Assembly: GCF_009914755.1 (NCBI RefSeq) | Contig: NC_060942.1 | DNA length: 64,000 nucleotides | DNA from: the human T2T-CHM13v2.0 reference genome, Homo sapiens | Reading direction: 5' to 3' (one strand) | Shown: positions 14,478 through 30,429 of the stretch, one piece after another | How positions within the stretch are numbered: position 1 is the first letter of the stretch | Layout: each line of letters begins with the position of its first letter | The notes under the pieces: generated by a model | What the model was told of the DNA's origin: nothing | Databases searched by the model: none | Seen by the model: the letters and a program-made list of their open reading frames with translations, nothing else | Position numbers and translations under genes: made by a program

Positions 14478-17429
14478 TGCCACATTTTCTTTATCCATTC
14501 ATCAGTCAATGGATCCTTAGGTCGATTCTATATCTTAGCTACTGTGAATAATGCTACAATAAACATGAGATTGCAGATATCCCTTTGACATACTAATTTC
14601 ATTTCCTTTGGATATATATTCAGAAATGGAATTGCTGGACTATATGGTCATTCTGTTTTTAATTTTGTGAGGAATACCCATTTTTTAAATAATGGCTGTA
14701 CTAATTTACCTTTCCACCAACAGTATAGAAGTATTCCCTTTTCTTCACATCCTTGTCAAATTTTGTCTCTTGTCTCTTTGATAATAGCCATCCTAATAAG
14801 TGTGAGGTGATGAATTAAACACCAATTCTGTGAAGTCTCTTCAAGAATGAGAGAACAACTCTCAATTCATTGTATGAAGCTAGTATTATTCTGATATCAA
14901 ATACAGACAATGACAATATAAAAAAGGAAAACTACAGACCAATGTCCTCATGAATTTAGATGCAAAAATCCTAGCATCAAAATATGAGCAAATGGAATTC
15001 AGCAGTATATGAAAATAATTAGACATCATGACCAAGTGGGGTTTATTCCAGGGATACCAGCCCAGTCCAATACTAGAAAAGCAAGCAATGTAACCCACCA
15101 TATTAACAGGCTAAAGAAGAAAAATTACACTATTATATCAATCAATGTATAAAAAGTATTTGACAAAATTCAACCTCCATTCATGGTAAAACTCTTACAA
15201 AAATAGGAATATAAGAGAACTTCCTCAACTTGATAAAGAGAATCTGCAAAACCCAACAGCTAACATTATACTAAATGGTGAAAGACAATGTGTTTGCCCC
15301 TAATATTGGGAACAAAGGAAGGATAGTCACTGTCACCACTCTTATTCAATATAGTACTAGAAGTACTAGCCAGTAAAATAAGGAAACAAAAAATTATGCA
15401 GATCAGAAAGGAAGAAATACTTTGATCCTTATTTGCATGTGTCTAAATGTTTATATAGAAAATCACAATGAATCTATTTTTTAAAATTAGAACTAATAAG
15501 TGAGTTCAGCAAAGTTGCAGGAGACAAGGTAAACACACAAAAATCCATTGTATTTCTATAAATAGCAATGAATATATGGCTATCAAAATGTTAAATATAA
15601 TATCATTTATAATTTTTATCACCCAAAACAAAATTATTGGGGAAAATGTAACAAAATATATATAGGACTTGTATGCTGAAAACTATGCAACACTGATGAA
15701 AGAAGATATAAATAAATGAAGACACATATGTACATAGATTGGAAGACTCAACATACTAAAAGATATCAATTCTTCCAAAACTGATATACAAGTTTAACAT
15801 AATTCCAACCAAAATCCCAAAAAGATTTTTGTAGATACACACATGATTATCCTCAAATATATATGGAAAGGTAAAAGAATAAAACAGATAAAACCATTTT
15901 TTAAGGAAAGAATAAAGTGGGAGGAATTAGTCTACCTGATTTCAAGATACTGTCTAGCTACAGTAATCAAGACTGTGTGACATTGGTGAAAAGATAGACG
16001 CATAGATCAATGGAACAAAGTATGGAACCCAGAAACATACCCACATATTTATACCCAATTGATTTTTCACAAGGCTGCGGACACAATTCAACTGAGGGAA
16101 AGATAGCCTTTTGAATGAATGGAGCTGAAACAATTGGTCATCCACAGGCAAAAAATAAAATAAAAAAAGACCTAAACTTCACACCTTATTCAAAATCAAC
16201 TCAAAATGGATCACAGACTTAAATGTAATATGTACAACTAAAAAACTATATAACTACAGAAAAAAATGTGAGAACATCAGGCTCTAGGACCAGGCAAAGT
16301 GCTCTTAGCCTTGAAACAGAAAGAATGGTCCATAAAGAAAAAATTAATAAATTGGACTCCATCAAAATTAACAATGTTTGTTCTGTGAAAGGTCCTGTTA
16401 ACAGGGTGAGTAAACAAGCTGCACACTAGGAGGAAATATTTGCAAATCACACATCTGACAAAGGACTACTATCTAGAACATAAAAAGAATTCTCAAAATT
16501 CAACAGTAAAAAACAAAAACAGTAAAAAAAAAAAAATCCAATTAGAAAATGAGCAAAGGTATGAACATTTACTGAAACATATACACAGATGACAAAAAAG
16601 CACATGAAAAGCTGTCCAACATCATTAGTCACTAGAGAAATGTAAATTAAAACTAAAATAAGACATTATATACTTACCAGAATGACTAAAATGAAAATAT
16701 CAATACCTAAGCTGGCAAAGATGTAGAGAAGTTGAATCACATATTGCTGGTGGGAAAGTAAAATGGTATACTCTGGAAAAAAGTGTGTAATTTCTTTAAA
16801 ACATGAAATATGCAACTACCAAATGACCTAGCAACTGCACTACTGGGCATTTATCCTAGAGAAATGAAGACTTATATTGACACAAAAACCTGTACATAAG
16901 TGTTCATAGCAGCTTTATTCATAAGAGCCAAAAACTGGAAACCACATTCAAATGCTGAATAGTTAAACAAACTGTGGTACATTTGTGCCATGGAATATTA
17001 GCCATAAAAGGGAGCATATTACTCATATACACAACAAACTAGATGGATCTCCAGAGAAGATGAATAAAAAGCCAGTCTCAAGGGGCTACATACTATATGG
17101 TTGCACTTATGTAATATTCTTGAGACAACAAATTATAGAAATGGATAGTAGACTAGTTAGTGGTTTCCTATGGATAATGAGGGAATAGATATGTGAGGGA
17201 AGTGAGCATGGCTATAAAAAGTCAATGTGGGGGATCCTTATGATGATGGACATGTTCTGTATCTTGATTGTATTGATGGTAATATCCTGATTGTGAAATT
17301 GTACTTAGTTTTAAAAGATGTTTTCATTAAAGAAAACTGGATAAAGTGTACAAGGGATCTCTGTATTATCTCTTACAACTACATGTGAATCTACAGCTAT
17401 CTCAAAATTAAAAGTTTAATTAAAAATTG

Positions 17430-17830
17430 GGAAGTACAGAGTTACCAGTTACTTTGATGGGAAGACTGTGAGCGCAATTTTGGGAAGTAGAAATCAAGAG
17501 TGCTTAGACATGTTGAGTTTTAGGTCATTGTTAGAGACCCAAATATCAAGTGAGCAGTTGGATATATTTGACTGGAGTTCAGAAAATAGTTCTGGACTGT
17601 ATATGTAAACATGAATATCATTAGCAAATAAATGTTACTTAATGCTATGGAAGATCTCCTTGCATAAGGAGGAAAAGAATATAGAATCAAAACAAGAGAA
17701 AATCTAAGATCAAGCCTTAAAAAATTCCATCATTTAGAAGTCAAAGGAGACAGAACTAGCAAGTCTGGAAAGACTGACCAGAGATACAAGCAGAAAAGCA
17801 TGTTGTCACAAAACAACAATCGAAGGGTGT
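17430..17830 (-). mobile_element. L2 fragment
   Basis: GACATGTTGAGTTT...CAAGTGAGCAGTTGGATATA...CTGGAGTTCAG, L2-like. Confidence 0.55.
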
Positions 17831-17834
17831 TTTG

Positions 17835-18123
<289 letters not shown>

Positions 18124-18867
18124 TCAAGAATGCAAATGTGTTGTCCACAAACTGTAGTTGAGAAAATACAAGATAATGGGACCAGACTTATAACAATGAA
18201 ATTGCCTAGTCTCTGATTTGCATGATCTAATGCAAAACCGTCTGTGCAATTTTAAGTATTTTTGTTTTTCTCATTTTTTTTTTTCTGGTCATAGGAGAAG
18301 GAGCAAAATCATAGGCTCTCTTTTTGGACCTAGTTTCATTACCTCAACTGACACTACTTCCTAAGAAAAACATTCCATTTTTTTAAGGCAGGGCTTACAC
18401 TTACTCTCCTTCATGTTCATTTATTGGACTCAACCTCTGCTGTCCTCTGCTATTCTTCTACCCTCACTATCTCCTACCATTCTGTCCCTGCTCACACTGT
18501 GTGCAAACATCCTAAGCACATGCCTCACTGGTTTGTTCTTCTCAATCTCTTTTGGTACTCTCCTTACATTTCCAAACAGTTCCAGATCCTTACGTTTTCC
18601 CTATTTAGATACACTCTCTAGATTATCTCAACCAGTCCTATGGCTTTCACATATCACCTATACACAAACAACTCTTAAATTTCTGTCTCTAGCCCCAACT
18701 TCTCACCTTGACTCCTGACTTATATCCAATTGCCTGCCCAATATCTATCTCCTCTTGAATGAATAATAGACACTTATAGTTAACATGCACAAACACTTGA
18801 TTTTTCCCCATTCCCAACTTGTTCCTCTTTGTCTTCCCCAGCTTTCATGGAGCTCCCTAATAAATGG

Positions 18868-19192
18868 TGTGATAGTTTTAAAACATGGTCCCAAATTCTT
18901 TGATGCTCCAATGTCCCCTCCTCCTTGAATCTGGAATGGGCCTGTGATGAATTCTAAACACAGAATATGGTAGAAGTGACGTTATGTGACTTCTGAGGCT
19001 AGGTCATAAAAAACCATGCAGCTTTTTCCTGGTTGTCTTAGAATGCTCATTCTATGGACACTTCCTAATGGAATACTCCTTCTTAAAGCCCAGCCATCAT
19101 GCAGTAAGAAGCCCAAGCCAATGGAGATAGCAAAAATGATTGTTGTTTAAGCTCACTACTTTGGGGCATTTTGTAGTGATAGAGAACTGGAA
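18868..19192 (+). mobile_element. MaLR LTR fragment (MLT1-like)
   Basis: TGTGATAG...GTAGAAGTGACGTTATGTGACTTCTGAGGCTAGGTCATAAAA...TTGTTGTTTAAGC..CTACTTTGGGG. Confidence 0.6.
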
Positions 19193-19984
19193 CTGATGGA
19201 ACCTGATGGTAGCTTTATTGTTTCAATTTTTGAGACCAGAACTCTAAGGTCATCCTTGACGCCTTTCCTTTTCTCACATTCCATATCCAAACCATTAGCA
19301 AATCCTGTCAGCTCTCTCTTCAAATATGCCCCAAGTCTGACCAATTCTCACCAATCTGACCAATTCTGACCAGTATCTCATCTATAAAGTGAATCTCTCC
19401 TAGGCAGAGATTCTTGGTGGGAAACAACAGAAACTGACTCGAGCTAATTTTCACAGAAAAATATTAGGCAAAAGGAACCCAGATTACTCACAGAATAGAC
19501 TGAAAGGGATAAGAACCAAGTTCAGAAAAGGATCTGAAATCAATGGGGGTTAGGTGCAAGAACCACAGCCAGAGAACCAGCTGGGTTGGCGAGCTGCCTC
19601 TGTTGGACACAGAACGCACCACCACACCAGTGCAAGTTGTAGGCTGTCTCCACGCCATGGTCTCTCTGGCATCTGACATCCAAGGAGGTGTATCTTACTG
19701 GTTGGATCTAGATGACATTTCTGAGTCACAGCTATCAGGGGATGGGGAAAAAGAGAGTTTGGGCTTTTTGGATTTCACAGTAAGAAGTAGGATCCTATCT
19801 TCCATAAAAACTCATTTTACATTTCACAGTGCATTTTCTAAACACAATAAGTGGGTACAAATTCTGAGCAGCCAAGTAAAAGTGAATGTCTAAGGGTTGG
19901 GTGAAGAGAAAATGAAGTATTTTCTATTACAAACAGGCTCCCAATGTATGTTAATGTGTTGGAAATATAACTACATTGTGAATT

Positions 19985-20160
19985 AAAGCCTTGGATTCAA
20001 GTCCTGTTCTACCACTTACTGAATGTGTGACCCTTAACCAATTCCTTAAGTTCCCAGAGATTAAGGTTTTTCATCTTCAAAATGGGAACAATAACATCAC
20101 TCCCACTTATCTTACATGCTGTTTTGAGGATCAAATGAGTGTGTGAATACTTTGAGGCAC
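19985..20160 (+). mobile_element. MIR
   Basis: TGGATTCAAGTCCTGTTCTACCACTTACTGAATGTGTGACC...AAAATGGGA..ATAA. Confidence 0.75.
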
Positions 20161-20363
20161 TCTTTTAGTTCTCATTCATCTTTGTAACATGGTTGCCTAG
20201 CTTAAGGCCAGCCTGGAGTAGGTGTTCTATAAATGTTCCATAAAGGTCCAGAATTAGCAATAACTACAGAAAGAATTTGTAAAATGAAAGCCATTAATTA
20301 ATTTATGCAAATAAGTCATCTATGTAGGCCAGAAAAGTATGATATTGTCATCCAGGGCCAGAC

Positions 20364-20668
<305 letters not shown>

Positions 20669-20966
20669 CAGGGCCATTCTTAAGAAATATCAAGTATGGG
20701 AGGAGGCCCTGACACTGATCATTTTTGCCACTGACCTCTTTATAAAATAAATATGGAAATAGAAGAACAACTTATGCTTCATTATATAGTACAAATTTGG
20801 TTCACAGAGAAAACTCCTTCTGTGACAAATTTTAGGGACTCATTAATAGTTCTTGGGAATTATGGTACCATGGGGAAGTTATATAGCTTATTGTCTAGAT
20901 CTCTGGCCAATGGATTCAAGTTATCCTGAGAAACAAGAAATATCAAACTATAGGATAACTAATAAT

Positions 20967-21600
<634 letters not shown>

Positions 21601-21754
21601 CTTTCCATAAAGAAATTGTACTTTTCATAAAGAAATGGTTTTTATAGAGATAGAAAATGCTCCATCATGTACTTTTAACGTCTTTATAAGCTTGAATATT
21701 AATATTAGTCTAACCCTTAAAATTATCTACATAAAATTACGTTCACAATATCAT

Positions 21755-22075
21755 TTTTAAGTTTTATTTTTAATTGAAAAATAACTGTACATATTTACGG
21801 AGTACAACATGATGTTTCAATACATGTTTACATTTTGTAATGATCAAATTAGAGTAATTAGCATATTTGGCAACTCAAAAATTTATCATTTCTTTGTGAT
21901 GAGAATATGCAAAAACCTCTTTTCTATTTTGAAATGTATAATACATTGTTATTAGTTATAGTCGCTCTACTGTGCAATAGAACACCAGGTTTTATTCCTC
22001 GTATCTAATTGTAATTTTGGGCTTATTGACCAATGTCTCCCTTTTCCTCTTCCACCCCTTTCCCCCAACCTCTGG
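21755..22075 (-). mobile_element. L1MA 3' terminal segment (non-inverted part of a twin-primed L1)
   Basis: Reverse complement reads ACCAGAGGTTGGGGG...AATATGCTAATTACTCTAATTTGATCATTAC...TCAATTAAAAATAAAA. Confidence 0.8.
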
Positions 22076-22663
22076 TCACAATAAGGTCATATGTGACAGA
22101 CCCACTACTAATATTACGCTGAATGTAGAAAAGCTGAAAGATTTTCCTCTAAGATCAGGAACAAAACAAGGATACTCACTTTCTCCTCTTCTATTCCACA
22201 TAGCACTGGAAGCCTGGAAGTCTTAGCCAGAGTAGTTAGGCAAAAGAAAGAAATTAAAAGTATCCAAGTTGGAAAGGAAGAATTAAATTGTTCCTGTTTG
22301 CAGAAAACATGATCCTATATATTAAAAAAAAAAAACAAAAAAACCCTAAAGACTGTACTAAAAAACTGTTAGAACTAATAAGCAAATCCACTGAAGTTTC
22401 AGGATACAAAATCAACATACAAAGTTCAGTAGCATTTTCATACACTAATAGCAAAAGATCTGAAAAAGAAATTTAAAAATCCTATTTACAACAGCTACAA
22501 AAAAATAAAATACTTAGAAATAAATGTAATCAAGGAGGTAAAAGATCTTTACACTGAAAACTATAAAACATTGATGAAAGAAATTGAAGAAGATATTAAA
22601 TAAATGGAAAGATATTCCGTGCTTATGGCCTGGAAGAGCTAACATCGTTAAAATGGCCATGCT

Positions 22664-23012
22664 GAAAACCAAACATCGCATGTTCTCACTCATAAGTGGG
22701 AGTTGAACAACGAGAACACATGGACACGGGGAGAAGAATATCACACACCGGGGCCTGTCGGCAGGGTGGCACGCTAGGGGAGGGATAGCATTAGGAGAAA
22801 TACCTAATGTAGATGACAGGTTGATGGGTGTAGCAAACCACCATGGTACATGTATACCTATGTAACAAACCTGCACGTTCTGCACGTGTACCCCAGAACT
22901 TAAAGTATCACAATAAAAAATAAAAATAAAATTTTATTTTAAGTTTGAATAAGGCAGTAAATCAAATAAATCACCTTTAAGATATAATTTAAAAATATAC
23001 CTCCAGGAAAAA
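22664..23012 (+). mobile_element. L1PA 3' end plus ~77-bp extra 3' segment, bounded by a 14-bp TSD
   Basis: CATGTTCTCACTCATAAGTGGGAG...CAGAACTTAAAGTAT. TSD AAAATGGCCATGCT at 22650-22663 and 23013-23026. Confidence 0.9.
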
Positions 23013-23029
23013 AAAATGGCCATGCTACC

Positions 23030-23708
<679 letters not shown>

Positions 23709-25889
23709 CTACCCAAAATGATCTACACATGGAATGCAATCCCTAGAAAAATACCAATGACATTCTTCACAGAAGTAGAAAAAACAATCCTAAAATTTGT
23801 GCAGAACCACAAAAGATCCCAGATAGGCAAATCCATCTTAAGCAAAAAGAAGAAAACTGAAGGTATCATACTAACTGACTTCAAAATATACTACAAAGCT
23901 ATAGTAACCAAAACAGTATAGTACTGGCATAAAAACAGACACACAGACCAGTGGAATATAATTGAGAGCCCAGAAATAAATCCATGTATCTACAGCCAAC
24001 TGATTTTCAACAAAGGTAACAAGAGCACATAAAACTGATATCCACATGCAGATTAATGAAATTAGACTCTTATCTTTTACTACATACAAAAATCAACTCA
24101 GAGTGTATTAAAGATTTAAATTTAAGACCTGAAACTATGAAGCTTCTAGAAGAGAACACAGGGGAAAATCTCCATGACATAGGTCTGGGCAAGGGCTTTT
24201 TGGATAAGACCTCAAAGCACAATCAACAAAAGTAAAAACAGACAAGTGGGATTACGTGATACTAAAAAGCTTCTGCACAGCAAAGGAAACATCAATAGAG
24301 TGAAGAGACAACTAACAGAATGGAAGAAAGTATTTGTAAATCAGACATCTGATAAAGAGCTAATATCCAAAACATATAAGGAACTCAAACTACACAATAA
24401 CAAGAAAATAAATAATCCTATTTAAAAATGGGCAAAAAACTTGAATAGACATTTCTCCAAAGAACACATACAAATGGCCAACAGATACATGAAAAAATGC
24501 TTGAAGCAAGCAAAAACTCTCTAAACATCAGAAAAATGCAAATTAAAACCACAATGATACATCACTTCACACCTGTTAGCTTGGCTATCAGCAAAAACAT
24601 GGAAGAGAACAAGTGTTGCTGAGCATGTGGGGGAAAGGGAACCCTTCTACACTCTTGGTAGTATTGTAAAGTAGTAAAGTAGTAGAGCCATTTTGAAAAA
24701 AATAGTACGGAGTTTCCTCAAAAAAACTAAATATAGAATTACCATGTGATCCAGCAATCTCACTACTGGTTATATACCCAAAGGAATTGAAATCAGTATG
24801 CTGTAGAGATGTCTGTACTCCCATGCTCACTGCAGCATTATTCACAATAGCTAAGATTTGGAAACAACCTTAGTGTTCATCAATGGGTGAATGGATTTTA
24901 AAATGTAGTATATATATGAAATGCAATACTATTCTCCTATTTCAAAAAAATAGAAAATCCTGTCATTTGAGGCAACACAGATGAACCTAGAGGATAATAT
25001 GTTAAATGAAATAGGCCAGGCACAGAGGGACAAATACTATATAATCTCATTCATCTGTGGAAACTAAAAAAGTTGAACTCATAAGAGTAGAGAGCACAAT
25101 ATTATTCTTTTTAATGTCCAATTCAGCAAATCCTGGGATTCAACCAAAGAGATCATCTATTTCAACCTGCTGCCTAATTCAGCTGATTCCTACTAATAGC
25201 ATCCTAGCCAGGTAGTCACTAAGCCTTTGCTAAACAGTCACATGAGTGAAGAATTCACTCCTTCATGGGGCAAGCTGCTGTCCTCTAGACAACTTTAATC
25301 ACTGGAATCAAAATCAGCCCCTCTGTCACTTTTACCCTTTGGTCCTAACCCTGACTTAGAACAGGAAAAACTAACCTCTCTGCCGCGTGACAGCTATGCA
25401 AATATTTGAAGTGGCAGCCATGCACCACATTATTGGCCTCTTCTCTAGGCTAAACATTTGCTCTAACTCTTCCACATAAAGCATGATTTCCTCTTCCCTC
25501 ACATCCTAATGACCCATGTAAGCTCTAATTTATTGATATCTATATTAAAATTAGGTACCTAGAGTTAGATTCATCTCCAGCCCAGAAGACAGGGAATTTG
25601 CTACCTTTCTTGTAAGTTGTATGCCATATTTCTTGTAATGCAGCCTAAAAATGCATTATCTTTTTTTCATGCCGCATAATACTGTTGAGCCATTTGCATT
25701 TATAGTAAATAAATGCTTCCTTCTTTCTCACATGCATTCTTGTCACAATCCAGGAACCTCCCTTGATTTCTATTTTTCAGCCTAAATAAAGGACTTTATA
25801 TTGGTCCTTGTAAAATTACATGATGTTTATTGTAATTCTAACATGCATATTCCATTTTGAATCTTGATTTTGTCTTTCAATATGTTAGC

Positions 25890-26325
25890 TCGAGAATATT
25901 ATATTAAGTGAAATAAGCACAGAAAGACAAATGCCGCATGCTCACTTACATGTGAAATCTAAAAAAGTCAAACTCATAGAAGCAGAAACTAGAATGATGG
26001 TTACCAGGGGCTGGGGAGTGGGAGTGGGGGAAGGGAGACACTGGTCAAAGGATACAAAATTTTAGTTAGACAGGAGAAATAAGCTATAGTGATCCACTAT
26101 ACAACATGGTGACTCCAGTTAATAACGTACATATTGTATACTTGAAAATCACTAAGAGAGTAGATTTTTTAATGTTCTTGACACAAAAAAAAAAAAATAT
26201 GTTAGGTGGTACATATGATAATTAGCTCAATTTAGCCATTCTGCAATATAAACAAATTTCAAAACATCATGTTGTAAACCATAAACATATAAAATTTTTG
26301 TCAGTCAAAAATATAAATGAGAAAA
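25890..26325 (+). mobile_element. L1MA 3' end fragment
   Basis: TAAGTGAAATAAGC.CAGAAAGACAAAT...GGTTACCAGGGGCTGGGG...CATCATGTTGTAAACCATAAA. Confidence 0.85.
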
Positions 26326-26344
26326 AATTCTTTTCCTTCCTGAA

Positions 26345-26465
26345 ATGTGTGTGTATATATATACACACATACATATATTGTGTATATATTACATATATAA
26401 CATATATATATACAAGATATATAACATATATATACAAGATATATAACATATATATACACACACAA
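26345..26465 (+). repeat. Degenerate (TA)n simple repeat
   Basis: ATATATAACATATATATACAAG-type units repeated. Confidence 0.85.
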
Positions 26466-28684
26466 AATCAATTTCCTACTATGGGTCTCACCCAGAAAGT
26501 TTACAAACACAGTATTAAAGTATGAGTGAGATTTGAAGTAGCACAGAGGAGAGTAGAAGACAAGGAAAAATCTTATCCCATTAAGGATGAATAAATTCCT
26601 ATAAAACATAACTCCTTCACTGACCACTGTACTCACCCCACCCCAGCTACCCACCACTGTAAGCCATCCCAACATGCAGAAATCAATATTTTAAGTATAT
26701 ATATTTTTAAGTGATTGTTTGGTATTCCAAGGTATTACTCACTTTTAAAATTGGTCATATGAGGGCTCAGTTACAAGGCAAGTGACTCTGGTTTAATATG
26801 TGTTCATTTGATGGACACCCAGTTTTTTAAAAAACACCAAGAATACAAATACAAAATATCCAGGATTTCTGCTGTTTGCTTATATTGTGTAACAAAACTA
26901 ATGTTAAACATGACCCTTGAAACTGTCTTGGCATCCTTCAGTCAGATACTATAATGAGTATGATGAGCCCATAGTAAATTTCACTATAGTTCCACTTGGA
27001 AGAAAATACTTTTTCCTAAGTTCTTAGATGGGAATAACTTAAAATCTCTTCAGAAGAAATACCCACTCAAAAATCTATAGTAAATTTTAAGAAGTCACGT
27101 AACTCTGAAGCGATTCTGGCTCAGTGATCACTTCAAATTGTGACTGTTTTTTTCCTCTCTCTCTGTTCTGTTTCTTTTGCCTTTCTTGGTCTGAAAATAC
27201 AGAGAGGTACCAAAAACTCAGTACATAATTTGAAACTAAAAGCAACAAACCCATTCATTGAAGTATAATAGGTCATTTGGAAATAAAATTCATTTTTTAA
27301 AAAGAGAATCCTTTTTTGGAATCCATTTTTGGAATATGAAGTCAATCATTATAGCTTTATTCCATCAGAAATAGCTTTTTAAGGCTATAACTCCCAAACT
27401 ATTTGGATTAAGAATTAAAATATCTAAAGAGCCCATAGGAAATTAACCCAATCATCATAAAGGTCCCATTTTAATAAAAGGGGATCCATATCAAATCAGA
27501 CTTTACATGTGGAAGGGACCTTGAAGAGCATCTACAGAAGGAAATGCAGGCTGTCGGTCACACAGCTAGACAATAATAGGATTGGGACCAGAATGCAGGC
27601 CCTGCCTCTTGATCCAGGACTTGTTTTCACTGCACCCTTGACCTTAAGAGGGTGATGGAGTAGACCTAATTCCTCCTAAACCAGTCATTTATAACTTCCT
27701 CTGACCAACATCCAATCACGTCAAAAGAGAACAAGAAAAAACAAACAAACAAACAAACAAAAAACAGGTGGAAACTTAGTCCATTACTTTGAGATGGGAT
27801 CTGACTGTTTTTTCTCTTTATACAGAAAATGGAGTTATCATCATCACCTCACTAAAATGTAAGGTCCATGAGAACAGGGACCACATCTAACTTATTCATG
27901 GTTCTCTTGCGAGCACTTATGTGGTGACATATTTTTGGGTGCTTTTTATTTATTTGTTTTTGTTTTTACTGACCACTATTCAAACACTCTATTTTGAGGT
28001 GACTCCCTAAAGTGTGCAGTACAGGTGAAATGCAGTGCTCCTTTCTCAGTCCCTGGCGGCCAGGACTCTAGTATATGCTCTAGGAGAGGTCACACCCTAA
28101 TTGGCTCTTGTAGAAGTGACACGAAAACATAGGACAGTGTGGACGTTACTCTTGGCTGCGGCAGCAGCAGCAGAGACAAGTGGGTCAGCAGAGGCTTCCT
28201 AAACCAGTCTATTGCAGGGCATGATCTTGGCTTTGTTCCTATTCCTAGTCTCCCTTGGAACTAGGAATTGGTTCCTGCTTCACTCTCCTGCCTTCCTATC
28301 ACTTCTTCCTCATTTATTCTTCCTGAATTATTTGGTTTCTTCCTCAGACGTTCTTTCCTACTTTTTTGTCTAAGGCAGCTTCTGTTGCTTGCAACCAAAA
28401 ATTCTAATAGGCACATAGTAGGCACTCAAATAAGTCTTAAATGAAAATAAAATTAATGAATTATTATCATAATTTTTGTAGAACACTTCACAATTTCCAA
28501 GCACTCTCTCGTATCCTAATTACTGCACCTGGTCACTGTCTCATTTGTCTTCCAGTTAAGTTATAATATTTAACAAGGGCAAATCCTTCTTGATGCAAGA
28601 GTCAAGTTAAAGAAAATTTTAAAAATCTAAACCAGGCTTAGACGTGATTTTTTCCAAAGTATGCTACGCAATCTCATGGTATTA

Positions 28685-29094
<410 letters not shown>

Positions 29095-29151
29095 CTTTTT
29101 TAAGGAAATTTGATATGCAAATAGTTGCACAGAAGAGATGTAGAAGTGATA

Positions 29152-29366
29152 ACTGAAACTTCAAATATGAGCTGGCATTCGCCAGATGAAATAGCATCAA
29201 AGAGCTCTAGAAAAGAGCACTGAAACTTCAGATAGGAAGTTCACCCACCACTCTACCAGGTGCAGTGGGGTAGAAACGGTTCAGTGTAGAGGTCTAGAAA
29301 TGAGCACTGAAACTTCAGATAGGAGCTGGCATTCACCAGGTACAGTGGAGGTAGAAGTGGTTCAGA
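29152..29366 (+). repeat. Imperfect three-copy local tandem repeat
   Basis: ACTGAAACTTCARATAKGA core at 29152, 29219 and 29306. Confidence 0.8.
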
Positions 29367-30429
29367 CGCTGAAGGAGCAACATCTACAAAGGCAAAAACT
29401 ATGTCCCTTCAAAACACAAAGAATATTTGCTTTAATCATATGGCTCTAACCAAGGGGGGGAGGGTTGTGAATTCTTAAAAATATCTTCACCCACCCCATC
29501 TCACTTTACTAGAAATTGAAGTCAACCATAACCCACACCGTTCTCCAAGAATTAAATGGGAAATTTTATAATTACAAATGGTATTTCAAAACTTGATGTT
29601 TCAGAATTCCCTTAATAATTCCACTACCTTGTTATCAAATTATGTTGATAAGGTAAAGAATTTGACACAGGGCATCCTATTTGGTCTCTGTCAACACGAA
29701 GCCCCCAAACCAGGTTTCCTCAGTCTGATAGTTGGAAAACAGTTACAAAATCCATTAGTCCATCTCAGTAAGGGAGAGAGGAACAGCCATTTTGTGTGCA
29801 GTGACCTATCCTCAGCCCCATGGACTATGTAGCAGGAGATGTAGTGGCGAGGTTCCTTTTTTACTCTCTATATCTGATCTCCAAGGAGTCAGTGCTCAAC
29901 TCTTTCCAGGATAAAGTCTGAAGAACACATTTCACCAATAAAAAAAGATAGTAAATACTTGAGTCGTTTCAGAGAGAGAAAAATATGAAACACTGAAGAT
30001 GAAGCGCTTAAATCTTTAATGTTTTTGGACAACACAGTCTATATGTTTTCTGCATAATGTATCATTTCTTTAAACTATAGTATTAAAAATAATTTCAAAT
30101 TGTAATGAAAAGTCATTTGGCTTTAAAACCACCCAGGAAGAGGATATAAAATGCGTATACCAAAAGACTATGATGCGGCTTCCAGTGTTTTTCTGATATA
30201 GATCATAATAATTTAAAAAGGCTTTTGTCAGGCTGTCTGAATACATCAAATACTTTCTCATTTCTGTGTCGGCTGTGAAGCTCTAACTATAGTGGCTTCT
30301 CTAGCAGGTATTCTCCGCACAACTGTGCCAAATCGTTCTGAGGACACCCAGATTCTCCTCCTTCTCAAAACAGACATTCCTGACTGGGTCCTAGGGCAGG
30401 GAGAGGGGCGTTGGACCCCTACTGCCCTC

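Noticed and set aside
29152-29366. Repeat-spacer appearance resembling a CRISPR array
   Set aside because: The DNA is primate, the 'spacers' are homologous to each other, the period is irregular and there are no cas genes.
29811-29831. Degenerate RE1-like CTCAGCCCCATGGACTATG (also the half-site GGACAGCTCC at 38257)
   Set aside because: Too many mismatches in the right half, or half-site only; not supportable without ChIP data.
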